Counted from the stretch's first letter, positions 49,405-58,752 are shown. The stretch: DNA of 64,000 nt from Terriglobia bacterium (GCA_963748015.1 CAVVHE010000008.1:576001-640000), one strand, 5' to 3'. A program made the numbers and translations. The notes: a model not told the origin generated them from the sequence alone.

Positions 49405-49657
49405 CTACCGCGTCGTCCTTGCTCGGTCAGCCCGCAAAGAACTCGAACGTCTGCCCGGAACGGTATCAGGTCGAGTTCTTGACGTGCTGGAACGGCTCGA
49501 AAATCAACCACGCCCCAACGGGTCGAAGAAGCTGCGCGGCGCCGAAGATCTTTGGCGAATCCGGGTTGGTGTCTATCGAGTGATTTACTCAATCTCCGAT
49601 GGCGCCCGGCTAGTTGTTGTGCTCGTGATTCGACACCGACGAGACGTGTACCGGTAG
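49391..49657 (+). CDS. RelE/ParE-family toxin, cassette 7
   Basis: SARKELERL..PRPNGSKKL..WRIRVGVYRVIY..HRRDVYR. Confidence 0.93.
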   Translation: MSVPSYRVVLARSARKELERLPGTVSGRVLDVLERLENQPRPNGSKKLRGAEDLWRIRVGVYRVIYSISDGARLVVVLVIRHRRDVYR

Positions 49658-49665
49658 GGCGTGAT

Positions 49666-49764
49666 GTCTAACTGCCGCATGCAGGCGACGGTCTGTGCTT
49701 TCACGGCCCGTGCTTGCGCACGGTCCGCGCCAGCACAGCCCGCGCCTGATGCGCGACATTAGGT
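49666..49764 (+). repeat. attC 7 (ATT variant)
   Basis: GTCTAAC..ATTAGGT. Confidence 0.88.
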
Positions 49765-49804
49765 TGCCAGAGGAGCGAAGAGACGCCTTCCTTCGGAGCA
49801 ACTC

Positions 49805-50047
49805 GTGGAACTGAGAATCCTGGGAGAGATCCGCGATGTGCAGACGATCGCCACGGGTCCCCGCATCCGTGAACTCGATAGGCTTCGGCGCATCTATGGC
49901 CCCGGCAGGTGGCGCAAGATGAAGGGGATTGCCAGGGTCCAACTTCCGGATGGCACCCAGGCGTGGGCCGAGGTACATTGGTACCAAGCCCACGGCGTCG
50001 GCCGCAAGGAGTTCAAGGTCAAGCGCCTGATGGGTGAACAGATATGA
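49805..50047 (+). CDS. Basic hypothetical protein, putative toxin, cassette 8
   Basis: GGAG RBS; GRWRKMKG..AEVHWYQAHGVGRKEFKVK. Confidence 0.8.
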   Translation: MELRILGEIRDVQTIATGPRIRELDRLRRIYGPGRWRKMKGIARVQLPDGTQAWAEVHWYQAHGVGRKEFKVKRLMGEQI

Positions 50048-50271
50048 GGCGACAGATCACGACCGGCCACTACGTCGTATGCCTCACCAACCGAGGCTAC
50101 AGGGCATCGCTAATCGTCCGCAAGATCTACCAAACGATCCCCGACCCCGAAGCTGCCACGCGTGGTCTACTGCGAATAGTGGATGAATCCGGAGAAGACT
50201 ACTTGTTCCCGGAGGCTCTCTTCGCAGCGATCGAGATTCCAAGAGACCTGAAGCTGCGGCTGGCAACCTAA
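50044..50271 (+). CDS. Hypothetical protein, putative antitoxin/immunity, cassette 8
   Basis: ATGA overlap; LRIVDESGEDYLFP. Confidence 0.8.
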   Translation: MRRQITTGHYVVCLTNRGYRASLIVRKIYQTIPDPEAATRGLLRIVDESGEDYLFPEALFAAIEIPRDLKLRLAT

Positions 50272-50364
50272 CTGCGCGCTTGACCTGACGGTCCGTCCTG
50301 TCACGGTCCGTGCTTCCGCACGGCCCGCGCCAGGCCGGCCCGCAGGTCAGCGCCGACGTTAGCC
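50266..50364 (+). repeat. attC 8
   Basis: ACCTAAC..GTTAGCC. Confidence 0.92.
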
Positions 50365-50434
50365 GGAGCCCGAAAGACAACCTACCCAAAGCAGCGCTCA
50401 GAACGTATCATCTGACGGCAAGGAGTGCCGATAA

Positions 50435-50641
50435 ATGATCTTCATCGTCGAACTTGAGCAGGAAACGGACGGCCGATGGATCGCCGAAGTACCTGACCTG
50501 CCAGGGGTTATGGCTTACGGCAGGTCGTCGGCCGATGCGACCGCGAAAGTGCAGGCACTCGCGCTGCGCGTAGTTGCCGAACGACTTGAGCATGGCGAAG
50601 CCGGTCCCGACCTTCTCACGATCACATTCAAGGCGGCATGA
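50435..50641 (+). CDS. hicB: HicB-family antitoxin (short), cassette 9
   Basis: EQETDGRWIAEVPDLPGVMAYG. Confidence 0.9.
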   Translation: MIFIVELEQETDGRWIAEVPDLPGVMAYGRSSADATAKVQALALRVVAERLEHGEAGPDLLTITFKAA

Positions 50642-50850
50642 GCGAATGGCCAAGCACGCGAGCACGACGGGTGCTCGCTGCGCTGCTCCGAATCGGCTGG
50701 GAACAGAAACGGCAGTCGGGTTCGCACCGCACCTTGCGGCGCGATGGGTGGCCTGACTATGTGTTCGCCTTTCATGACGACGAGGAATTGGGGCCACGGA
50801 TGCTCGCGCGAATCGCGAAACGCACCGGCCTCCGCCCACAAGATCTGTAA
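50638..50850 (+). CDS. hicA: HicA-family toxin, cassette 9
   Basis: IGW..KRQSGSHRTL..FAFHD.EELGP.ML. Confidence 0.9.
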   Translation: MSEWPSTRARRVLAALLRIGWEQKRQSGSHRTLRRDGWPDYVFAFHDDEELGPRMLARIAKRTGLRPQDL

Positions 50851-50856
50851 CGGCCC

Positions 50857-50955
50857 GGCTAACTGCTGCGTGGACCCGCCAGTCCGTCCGGTCACGCCGC
50901 GTACTTTCGCACGCGTCGCGCCCGGCCGGCCTGCGGGTCACGCGCGACATTAGCC
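50857..50955 (+). repeat. attC 9 (ATT variant)
   Basis: GGCTAAC..ATTAGCC. Confidence 0.88.
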
Positions 50956-50973
50956 GGACGAAAGAGGCGCCGC

Positions 50974-51417
50974 GTGGGTTTCAAGTGGCCGTTCAGTCGG
51001 CGCACAGATCGCGTGACCCCGCGAAGACCTACGAGGATCGAAATCGAGAGGCTCGGTTCCGCTGTCGTGTTGCGAATCACCGGGCGGCCAATGCTGTGTG
51101 AGCGTTGGGAAGACGGCCTACGATTTCAGTTTGGCTGCCTGATCGACCGTGGTGAACGCGCATTCATTATCGACATTACGCACTACGAGATGGGTGATTC
51201 TGGGGCCAGTCCGTTTATCGGTGAGATTGTCGCAACGTTCCGCCAGGCGAAGAAGCTGAAGGGATCGTTCTGTGTGATCGCGTCGGCGTCCCAGCGCGAG
51301 TTGTTCAGAACTACGAGACTTGACTCGGTGATCCGTATCGTCGACAACGAGAGACAGGCACTCTCGAAGTCGGCGGCCGATGACTCAGATCGCCAGACAT
51401 GCGAGGACGCCGGCTAA
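50974..51417 (+). CDS. STAS/anti-sigma-antagonist-like protein, cassette 10
   Basis: VVLRITG..FIIDIT..DS..ELFRTTRLDSV pattern. Confidence 0.7.
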   Translation: MGFKWPFSRRTDRVTPRRPTRIEIERLGSAVVLRITGRPMLCERWEDGLRFQFGCLIDRGERAFIIDITHYEMGDSGASPFIGEIVATFRQAKKLKGSFCVIASASQRELFRTTRLDSVIRIVDNERQALSKSAADDSDRQTCEDAG

Positions 51418-51493
51418 CATGGCCATCAAGCCGTCGGTCCACGCTGTCACGGCCCGCGCCAGCGTGTCCCGCAGCTTATGGCCGACGTTAGAC
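51412..51493 (+). repeat. attC 10 (internal hairpin deleted)
   Basis: GGCTAAC..GTTAGAC. Confidence 0.88.
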
Positions 51494-51520
51494 CTCCGGA
51501 GGCGGACGAGGAGGAGGTCG

Positions 51521-52048
51521 GTGTTGTCCTTCATGGTGCCGTTGGAATTCATCTGGACACGATCGACACCGACGTGGCGTGAGGTTGGCACTGCTATTGA
51601 AAACGGATGGTTGCGGCCCAAGGACGCCATCGACATTGCAAACCGCCGCCTGGAGGCATCCGGTCCGGTGGATCGCCTTGAGTACGACCTGGCTGGCCGA
51701 CAGTCCGATGACCCCGTCCTCGAAACAGTGTGGCGTTTGGCAAGCAGGGAAGCTCCGCAAGACGAGCGACAGATCAAGCGGAAATGGCTGCGGCTCGTAC
51801 TGCTGTGGGCCTATCACCACCGACAGCAATTCAAGGACCCCCTTGAGGTGGTCGAGGACATCTGGTGCGAGTTTGACCATCCCGCGGAGCTCAATCGCTT
51901 CATCCGCTACATGCCCGCCGAGAACGCGATCCGTGTCGAACAACGCACCCTGGAAGAGAACCTCGCGGCGCTACGTCAGGGCTGGGAGGAGTATATGAAC
52001 GTCCTCGATCGAGAATTCACAGCAGAGCGTTGGGGGCCGGAGGTCTAA
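51521..52048 (+). CDS. DUF2247-like putative immunity protein, cassette 11
   Basis: KW..L.W....DPLEVVEDIWCEFDHP....FIRYMP. Confidence 0.75.
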   Translation: MLSFMVPLEFIWTRSTPTWREVGTAIENGWLRPKDAIDIANRRLEASGPVDRLEYDLAGRQSDDPVLETVWRLASREAPQDERQIKRKWLRLVLLWAYHHRQQFKDPLEVVEDIWCEFDHPAELNRFIRYMPAENAIRVEQRTLEENLAALRQGWEEYMNVLDREFTAERWGPEV

Positions 52049-52141
52049 CATGGCCGTGAAGCTGCCGGTCCACGTTGTCGCGGGGCGTGCTTGCGCACGC
52101 CCCGCGCCAACGCGTCCCGCAGCTTACGGCCGCCGTTGGAC
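52043..52141 (+). repeat. attC 11
   Basis: GTCTAAC..GTTGGAC. Confidence 0.92.
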
Positions 52142-52159
52142 GGACAAGGCACTCGAAGA

Positions 52160-52441
52160 ATGAGCCGCCGTGGAGAATGGCGAGAAGCGTTCGCAGTGGT
52201 ACGCGCCGACCGCGTCGCCGACGACGGGTCCGCGGAAAGCCCCGACTCGTCCGGCCCGGAGATAAACCTGGGGGAGTACAGCATCACGATCAAAGAAGTT
52301 GTCCTTAGGGTCGAAGTGGCGGAGGCGGAAGTTGAGCGCCTCAATTCCCTAAACCGTGGCAAGGGGTGTCGCTACTACTGGCAGCGAACGCACTACTTCC
52401 CGAACGGTGGTTCTTTTGGCGCGGGGGAGATGGAACCGTGA
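52160..52441 (+). CDS. Hypothetical protein, cassette 12
   Basis: AEAEVERLNSLN.KGCRYYWQ; fills the cassette. Confidence 0.65.
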   Translation: MSRRGEWREAFAVVRADRVADDGSAESPDSSGPEINLGEYSITIKEVVLRVEVAEAEVERLNSLNRGKGCRYYWQRTHYFPNGGSFGAGEMEP

Positions 52442-52448
52442 AGCCGCC

Positions 52449-52512
52449 GTCCAACATGCCGTGGCAGGCGACGGTCCGCTGCGCGGCCGCGGCTGATGCC
52501 GGAACATTAGGT
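52449..52512 (+). repeat. attC 12 (short, ATT variant)
   Basis: GTCCAAC..ATTAGGT. Confidence 0.85.
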
Positions 52513-52839
52513 TGCTGGAAGGCCCTTCGAGAGCGTAATGATCCTGGCGAGCTCCCGATTGGATGCTCCAAGTGCGAGGAGGGAGCGGATGAGCAAGTCG
52601 AGGGTCACGGATGGGTCGCCCGCCTCCATTTTCGCGACACGGGATTGGCTGGATTTCACCTTCCGCGCAAGCTCCACCTGGGTCAGCCGCCGCTGCCGGC
52701 GCCGCTGTCGAAGGCCATCGGCGAATTTGAGCTTCAATTCGACGTACGCCGCCTCTTCCGCCGAAAGCCCCAAGAACTCCCTGGCGCCGCCGATCTTCCA
52801 CCCCTTTGCTACCAGACGCTTCCTCTTCTCTTCACGCAT
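52507..52839 (-). CDS. XRE-HTH antitoxin (HigA-like), cassette 13, inverted
   Basis: LTQVELARKVKSSQSRVAKMEAG. Confidence 0.9.
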   Translation of the reverse strand: MREEKRKRLVAKGWKIGGAREFLGLSAEEAAYVELKLKFADGLRQRRRQRRLTQVELARKVKSSQSRVAKMEAGDPSVTLDLLIRSLLALGASNRELARIITLSKGLPAT

Positions 52840-53164
52840 GGTCGTACTCCCGAAGTCTCCGCTTGCAAGCCTCGATCACCGTCATGGGAGTGGCGGCAGT
52901 CTTCTTGCTGAACACGTCAACGATGACGACCGCGTCCGGGTCAACTCTGTAGACGAGCCTCCAGGTCACGTCGGCGTCGTTGATCCTCAATTCCTGGCAG
53001 CGGCGCCCGATTGTCGGCATCGGCCTCGAGCGGGGCATCCGCAAAGGCTCTCCTCGCTGCAACCTCCGAAGAAGAATGCCCGCCTCGATCCTAGCAGCCT
53101 GGGAAAGAGGGGGCGTCTTGACCTCTCCGTGCAACCAGACGAGGGGCTTGTCCGAGGTGCTCAT
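52832..53164 (-). CDS. RelE/HigB (Gp49-like) toxin, cassette 13, inverted
   Basis: LRRLQRGE..MPRSRPM..ELRI..WRLVYR..VFSKKT. Confidence 0.9.
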   Translation of the reverse strand: MSTSDKPLVWLHGEVKTPPLSQAARIEAGILLRRLQRGEPLRMPRSRPMPTIGRRCQELRINDADVTWRLVYRVDPDAVVIVDVFSKKTAATPMTVIEACKRRLREYDHA

Positions 53165-53221
53165 CCGGGGTTATGATATGTCAAGCGTGACATACGCGCA
53201 AGAATTTTACGAGCGGCAGCA

Positions 53222-53285
53222 ACCTAGCATGCTGTTGCAGGCGACGGGCAGGTGCGCGGCCCGCGCCTGAACAGCGACGTTAGAC
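53222..53285 (+). repeat. attC 13
   Basis: ACCTAGC..GTTAGAC. Confidence 0.85.
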
Positions 53286-53313
53286 GGCTGGGACATCAGT
53301 TGGGCATCTAACC

Positions 53314-53730
53314 GTGAAGATGTACAGACCGGTCGGACTTCGTGAACTAGAGCTTGTAGCCGCGAGCGGGTACCGCGGCTTCCCGCCGAGGCTACAGCCG
53401 CAGCCAATCTTCTATGTGGTTCTGACTTACTCGTATGCTGAAGCGATTGCGCGCAAATGGAACACGGTCGATGCGACCTCCGGCTACGCAGGCTTCGTAA
53501 CCTCATTCGATTTGAACGGGTCGTTCGCTACGCGATACGAAGAGAGAACGGTTGGGGGCCGAGACGACCGAGAGTTGTGGATTCCGGCGGAGGAACTGCC
53601 AGCGTTCAACGAACAGATCCTCGGCGAAATCGTTGTCGAGGCGAGCTTCTATGGCGAAGGCTTCAGCGGTACTATCGACGACGGCACCCAACTGCCGCTG
53701 AGCGTGCTAAGTGCGAAATCAGCCGTCTAA
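53314..53730 (+). CDS. Conserved protein of the family often labelled ADP-ribosylation/crystallin J1, cassette 14
   Basis: YRPVG..EL..FPPRL.PQPIFY..YA..IA.KWN..ELWIPAEEL..FN. Confidence 0.8.
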   Translation: MKMYRPVGLRELELVAASGYRGFPPRLQPQPIFYVVLTYSYAEAIARKWNTVDATSGYAGFVTSFDLNGSFATRYEERTVGGRDDRELWIPAEELPAFNEQILGEIVVEASFYGEGFSGTIDDGTQLPLSVLSAKSAV

Positions 53731-53822
53731 CACTCCGTTATACCCGACGCAGTTCGGCGTCACGCCGCGTGCTTGCGCACGCGTCGCGCCGCCGACCCGT
53801 GCGGTCAACGGAATCGTTAGGC
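53725..53822 (+). repeat. attC 14
   Basis: GTCTAAC..GTTAGGC. Confidence 0.92.
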
Positions 53823-53893
53823 GAGTCGCCTGAGATCGAACGCCAATTGTCGATGAACCAGGCTGTCCCTGGTGCCAGGAAAGGAAGGTCCTT

Positions 53894-54357
53894 ATGAAAC
53901 CTCGCCACTTGATCATGATCGCAGCCTCCTGGTTCTGAGCTTCAGCCCCGACGCGATGTCGGCGACGAAAGAATGGAGGTACGCCATTCCCCAAGGAGCC
54001 ACCTTGGTCCAGTTGGTGACGGATGACGTCGGTGGTGCTGCGTTCTCGTACGGTTTCAATGGATCGACTCACGTCGTGTGGCTCGACGCTCGAGGACGTC
54101 AACTCTACATGCTGGAGCTCACCTCCGGCGAAGGTCTCAACGCGATCGTGGGTGTCAACAACCGAGCGCTGGTGGTCGAAATCGGGGATCAGAACCAGTT
54201 CCTTGCTATCGACAGAAGTGGGACAGAGACCGTGGTCCCAAATGTAGGAAACCCTTTGCCTATCGCGAACACGCCGACAGACCGAAATGGTTTCTGCGCC
54301 GTGGAGTTCGATCCCTCGATCGGTGTGGTGACCGCAATCGTTCGATACAGCTACTGA
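53894..54357 (+). pseudogene. Secreted beta-rich protein with a 1-nt frameshift in the signal peptide, cassette 15
   Basis: AAGGAAGG RBS + MKPRHLIMIAA, then LLVLSFS.. in another frame near 53925. Confidence 0.55.
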
Positions 54358-54418
54358 AGAGCAGAGAATTCGTGAGGGGAGCATTGCTCCCAGACCCAGC
54401 ACTGTCCTGCCGGCGAGC

Positions 54419-54529
54419 GCCTAGCCCGTGCGTACAGCCGGCAGTCAGCGTCGCGGCGGGCGGCGACCGCTTCGCAGGCGGCCTATCGGCCGCCGCTCCG
54501 CGGCCTGCGGCTGACGCACGACGTTAGCT
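54419..54529 (+). repeat. attC 15
   Basis: GCCTAGC..GTTAGCT. Confidence 0.85.
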
Positions 54530-54609
54530 GGCCCACATCAAGTACTGGCCAGCTTGAACGGCGGCACCGGATGAAGAGAAGATTCGCACGGAACACGAAG
54601 ACACACTTC

Positions 54610-55932
54610 ATGACCTCACGGGTCCGGGCCTTATGCCTGCTGGTAGCCGTCATCGCGGCTCAGGCCGCGCTCGCGCAGCAAGCCCTGCCTGTCCTCAGAG
54701 CCAATTCCGCAGCCGTGGACGTCCGGGATGGCGACAGGCTCTTAAAGGGGGACTGGATCATCGACCCCACAGCTGCGCTCGACGTCTACGTTGTGCGAAG
54801 AACTACCGAAAAGAAGCGGGTCACCTTCATCACCGACATCGATTCGATGTCGTTCGATATCGAGCCGGGGCACACGTACGACTTCGTCATTCTGCTCAAC
54901 GGCAAAGACGCCTGCCACACGCGCATCTCGTCGATGACGCAGAGCTACCGGCGCGTTGACCCGAGCCCGACGACGGGGCCGGACACTATCCCGATCTCCA
55001 TCCGTCACGGCAAGATGCACCTGGAAGGGCGAATCAACGACTCTCAGTTGCTGGACTTCATCTTCGATACGGGGGCGGAGATCTCCGCGCTCTATCCCTC
55101 CGCGATACCCAAGGGGGCCAAGCTCTGGTTCGACGGGACAACCAACAACTCCGGTACGGGCGGTACAACCCTGAGGCAAACTAGCAGCGATAACCGGCTC
55201 GAAATCGCCGGACTGCGATGGGATCACGAGCCGGTCATGTACGTGGAGAAGCAGGCCGATCGCGCAGACGGGATCGTCGGATACCCGATGTTCGAGAACA
55301 AGGTGGTCGAAATCGATTTCGATCGCATGGTCATGGTCCTTCACGACACATTGCCCGCTCATGCCACCGGATTCGCCAAAACGCCGATGCCATTCTCCGG
55401 TTCGCTGCCGGCGGTCGAGGCTGTCCTGGTCAACGGCGAGAGGCGCGCCAGCGGGTTGTTCGTCCTGGACACAGCAGGAGGCGGGGCCATGGTCGTCAAC
55501 CAGGCGTTCGCGGCGGCCAACGGCCTGCACGGCACGATGAAGTACCTTGGCGCCAGCACATCCCGCGGCGTTGGGAGCGTGGGCATCCGCAACCACTTGC
55601 TGCTGCTGCCACATCTGACGCTCGCGGGCTTCGACATCCCCAATGTTCCGATAAACGTTGAGTTGCCCTCTGACGGCAGCAAGGCCCCGCCCGGCGGTGT
55701 GCTTTGTATGGAGGTGCTCCAGCGCTTCAACACTATCCTCGACTTCCAGCGCAACGAGGCGTACTTCAAGCCGAACGCGTCTTTCAACGCACCATTCAAG
55801 GCGAGATTCCGGGGTCCGCCCTGGTCGGTGATCCTCGGGATCGCGGTGGTCTCAGTCGCGTCGTTCGCAGGGCTGATCCTGCTTCGAGCGAGACGACGCC
55901 GGAGCCTTGAAGAAGTGCGGCCGGCCAGCTAA
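54610..55932 (+). CDS. Exported double-domain retropepsin-like aspartyl protease with C-terminal TM, cassette 16
   Basis: Signal ALA|Q; FIFDTGA and FVLDTAG; TM followed by RARRRR. Confidence 0.88.
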   Translation: MTSRVRALCLLVAVIAAQAALAQQALPVLRANSAAVDVRDGDRLLKGDWIIDPTAALDVYVVRRTTEKKRVTFITDIDSMSFDIEPGHTYDFVILLNGKDACHTRISSMTQSYRRVDPSPTTGPDTIPISIRHGKMHLEGRINDSQLLDFIFDTGAEISALYPSAIPKGAKLWFDGTTNNSGTGGTTLRQTSSDNRLEIAGLRWDHEPVMYVEKQADRADGIVGYPMFENKVVEIDFDRMVMVLHDTLPAHATGFAKTPMPFSGSLPAVEAVLVNGERRASGLFVLDTAGGGAMVVNQAFAAANGLHGTMKYLGASTSRGVGSVGIRNHLLLLPHLTLAGFDIPNVPINVELPSDGSKAPPGGVLCMEVLQRFNTILDFQRNEAYFKPNASFNAPFKARFRGPPWSVILGIAVVSVASFAGLILLRARRRRSLEEVRPAS

Positions 55933-55986
55933 CAACCTGCTACAGCGGACGATGCTGCGCGCCGCCGCTGAACCGGAGCGTTAGGC
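55927..55986 (+). repeat. attC 16 (short)
   Basis: AGCTAAC..GTTAGGC. Confidence 0.88.
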
Positions 55987-56147
55987 CGACAGGCTACGTG
56001 ATGCGCGCGCGTACGAGCGCAAGGCGTTCGATTCTTCCTGCGCCGCGTCTGCGGCCGACTTGGCTCGGCCGTTGAGAGGTGCGAGAATGATCGCTGCATC
56101 ATCCGTCGTACAAACATGAATCGCATAGCAAACAGCAGGAGGCAACC

Positions 56148-56510
56148 ATGCCACGCTACGTAGACGGGTTCGTACTACCGATGCCCAAGAAGAACATCGC
56201 GGCCTATCGTGAAATGGCACGGTTGGGCGCAAAGGTATGGCGCGACCATGGCGCCGTCGAATACTTCGAGTGCGTAGGCGATGATCTCAAGGTGAAGTTT
56301 GGGCAATCGTTCCCTCGAGGAATCCGATTGAAGTCGAGTGAAACCGTCGTGTTCTCGTGGATCGTGTTCAAGTCACGCGCGCATCGCGATCGAGTGAATG
56401 CCAAAGTCATGAAGGATCCGCGACTGGCGAACATGATGAAGTCGAAGGCGATGCCATTTGATGTGAAGCGGATGATGTACGGAGGTTTCAAAGTCATCGT
56501 GGACGCATAG
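56148..56510 (+). CDS. DUF1428 (YbaA-like) protein, cassette 17
   Basis: YVDGFV..ECVGDD..ETVVFSWI..MPFDVKRMMYGGF. Confidence 0.9.
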   Translation: MPRYVDGFVLPMPKKNIAAYREMARLGAKVWRDHGAVEYFECVGDDLKVKFGQSFPRGIRLKSSETVVFSWIVFKSRAHRDRVNAKVMKDPRLANMMKSKAMPFDVKRMMYGGFKVIVDA

Positions 56511-56571
56511 TGCCGCTTGGGACGGCGGGTTTGTCGCCCTATGGTGTGAATCTCGGTCGTGCGCGGTTGCG

Positions 56572-56667
56572 GCCTAACATACCCTTGCACCTGACAAGGC
56601 CGCGGGCACGGTGCCCGGTCGCCGGAGGCGGTCGCCCGCGTCCTTGCGGGTGAAGGCAACGTTAGCC
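56572..56667 (+). repeat. attC 17
   Basis: GCCTAAC..GTTAGCC. Confidence 0.88.
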
Positions 56668-56674
56668 TGACATC

Positions 56675-57100
56675 ATGAGCACCCTTCGACCTATCGGATT
56701 CTGGTGGCCGGGGATCGCGGAACCACAGGCAATTCTGCGGATTCTCGGATCGCAAGCGCCAGACACAAACGTCGTGTCGTACCTTCGGGGTGGACACGTA
56801 CTGAATGCGTACGGCGGGTGGTCGAATTGTCGCTTTCGGTGCGGTGTGCCGGATCACGAAATGGGCGATTCTGACCTGACGGATGGAACTTGGCTGTGGC
56901 CCCAAGGCCTGGTGCACTACGTCGAGGTTCATGGAGTGGCCCTGCCGGACGAGTTCCTGGCGAAGGCGCGGGCCATGCGTGGCAAGGTTCCAGAGTTGTC
57001 CGAGGCTCAGAGGTCCGAGCTGATCGAGCAGAGACAATATGCCGCTGACGTCGGATACTGGATCGCATGGTGTGCGACTCTGAAACATCCCGTGCGATGA
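56675..57100 (+). CDS. Hypothetical protein with CxxC, cassette 18
   Basis: [39 protein letters not shown]. Confidence 0.8.
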   Translation: MSTLRPIGFWWPGIAEPQAILRILGSQAPDTNVVSYLRGGHVLNAYGGWSNCRFRCGVPDHEMGDSDLTDGTWLWPQGLVHYVEVHGVALPDEFLAKARAMRGKVPELSEAQRSELIEQRQYAADVGYWIAWCATLKHPVR

Positions 57101-57155
57101 CGAGCCGTCAACCCGGGGCGCAGATGGAGCCGCCTCCAAGGAGCGGCAGGCAATC

Positions 57156-57254
57156 GACCAACTTGCAAATCAAGCTCTCGGTCCCTGCCGTCACGGCCTG
57201 TGCTTGCGCACGGTCAGCGCCGGCACAGCCCGCTCCCGATGCGCGACGTCATGC
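57156..57254 (+). repeat. attC 18 (degenerate)
   Basis: GACCAAC..GTCATGC with the family internal hairpin GTGCTTGCGCAC. Confidence 0.75.
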
Positions 57255-57296
57255 GTACGCGGCGATACTGGCGGGCGGTTCCCACTGGAGGAGCGC

Positions 57297-57647
57297 ATGG
57301 ACAACCAGCGGGTCTTCAGGATGGCGTTCGCAAGCGTGTACCCGCTTTATGTTGAGAAGGCGGAAAAGAAGGGGCGCACCAAGCAGGAAGTCGACGATGT
57401 CATCTGCTGGCTGACGGGCTACAGCCCACAGGCTTTGGCCGCGCAGATCGATCAGAGGAAGGACTTCGAAGCGTTCTTCAGGGAGGCACCATCGCTCCAT
57501 CCCAACGCCAGCAAGATCACCGGCGTTATCTGCGGCGTTCGCGTGGAGGAGATCGAGGACCCGCTGATGCGCAAGATCCGGTATTTGGACAAACTGGTGG
57601 ATGAACTGGCCAAGGGCAGGCCGATCGAGAAGGTCCTTCGCAGGTAG
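57297..57647 (+). CDS. DUF2200 family protein
   Basis: [37 protein letters not shown]. Confidence 0.9.
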   Translation: MDNQRVFRMAFASVYPLYVEKAEKKGRTKQEVDDVICWLTGYSPQALAAQIDQRKDFEAFFREAPSLHPNASKITGVICGVRVEEIEDPLMRKIRYLDKLVDELAKGRPIEKVLRR

Positions 57648-57661
57648 GTTGCTCTTCAATC

Positions 57662-57797
57662 GCATGAGCGTTGGCCAGCCGAATCCGATGGCCCTGTGTT
57701 CGGCAGTCGTCGCCGCCGCGGCCGACGAGCGGCAGGCAGGTCGGGGCCGAGTGCAGCATCGAATTCGTCGATCGCGGCTGAGGGGCAGTCGTTGGGC
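57662..57797 (+). repeat. attC 19 (degenerate, long)
   Basis: GCATGAG..GTTGGGC. Confidence 0.5.
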
Positions 57798-57812
57798 AGT
57801 CAGGAGTGAATC

Positions 57813-58586
57813 ATGGATACGTGGAAATTCTACGACATCACTCACCGTGAGCACGTCCTGTGCAACCCCATGAATGAGGCGGCGCTGGCGCGGCTTGTCG
57901 ATCTCCTCCGCCTACCGCCGGACGCTCGCGTGGTCGACATCGCGTGTGGCAAGGGCGAGTTCCTGATCCGTCTGGCTGAAGCCTACGGGGTGCGTGGCAA
58001 AGGCATCGACATCTCTCCCTATTTTGTCCTCGCTGCAGAAGCAAGGCTCAAAGCCCGGGCGCCGGCGGCGAACGTGACCTTCACGCAGATGGACGGTGCC
58101 GATTTCAGACCTGACAAGCCGCACAGTCTCAAGCTGGCTTCGTGTATCGGAGCCAGCTGGATCTTCGGTGGATACGCTGGCACGCTGGATGCGCTGGTGA
58201 GCATGGTCGAGCCCGACGGTTGGGTGATCGCCGGCGAGCCCTATTGGCTGCGGGAGCCGTCAGAGGACTATCTCGAGGCCTCTGGGGAAACCAGAGAAGG
58301 CTTCGGCACCCACGCCTCGAATGTCGAGGCCGGTGAGCGGCGAGGGCTCGATCTCGTCTACACGCTCGTGAGCAGCCCGGACGATTGGGACCGCTACGAG
58401 GGCCTTCAGTGGTACGCAACGGCCGAGCACGCTCGCACTTGTCCGGATGATCCGGATCTCGCGGAACTGGTCCGGCGAGTCGCCAAGAACAAGGCGGTGT
58501 ACCTGCAATGGGGCAGAGACTCCGTAGGCTGGGCGATCTACGTCTTTCGGCGTTGCACCACTGAAGGCGCCAACCAGGCTACCTGA
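57813..58586 (+). CDS. Class I SAM-dependent methyltransferase
   Basis: VVDIACGKGE; CIGASWIFGG; GEPYW. Confidence 0.9.
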   Translation: MDTWKFYDITHREHVLCNPMNEAALARLVDLLRLPPDARVVDIACGKGEFLIRLAEAYGVRGKGIDISPYFVLAAEARLKARAPAANVTFTQMDGADFRPDKPHSLKLASCIGASWIFGGYAGTLDALVSMVEPDGWVIAGEPYWLREPSEDYLEASGETREGFGTHASNVEAGERRGLDLVYTLVSSPDDWDRYEGLQWYATAEHARTCPDDPDLAELVRRVAKNKAVYLQWGRDSVGWAIYVFRRCTTEGANQAT

Positions 58587-58640
58587 CTGCTGCATGCGGC
58601 GGACGGCGTCATGCGCCGCCGCTGATGCGGAGCGTCAGGC
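58581..58640 (+). repeat. attC 20 (GTC variant)
   Basis: ACCTGAC..GTCAGGC; resembles attC 16. Confidence 0.75.
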
Positions 58641-58752
58641 GGGCACGGAGAGGCCGTGATGCCTGATCTGCGGTCCGTCTCATTTTCGACGGAGGGTTGG
58701 CGACTCACCCAGAAAGACCGCGCGATGCGTGCCTGGGGATAGCGTACCGTAA

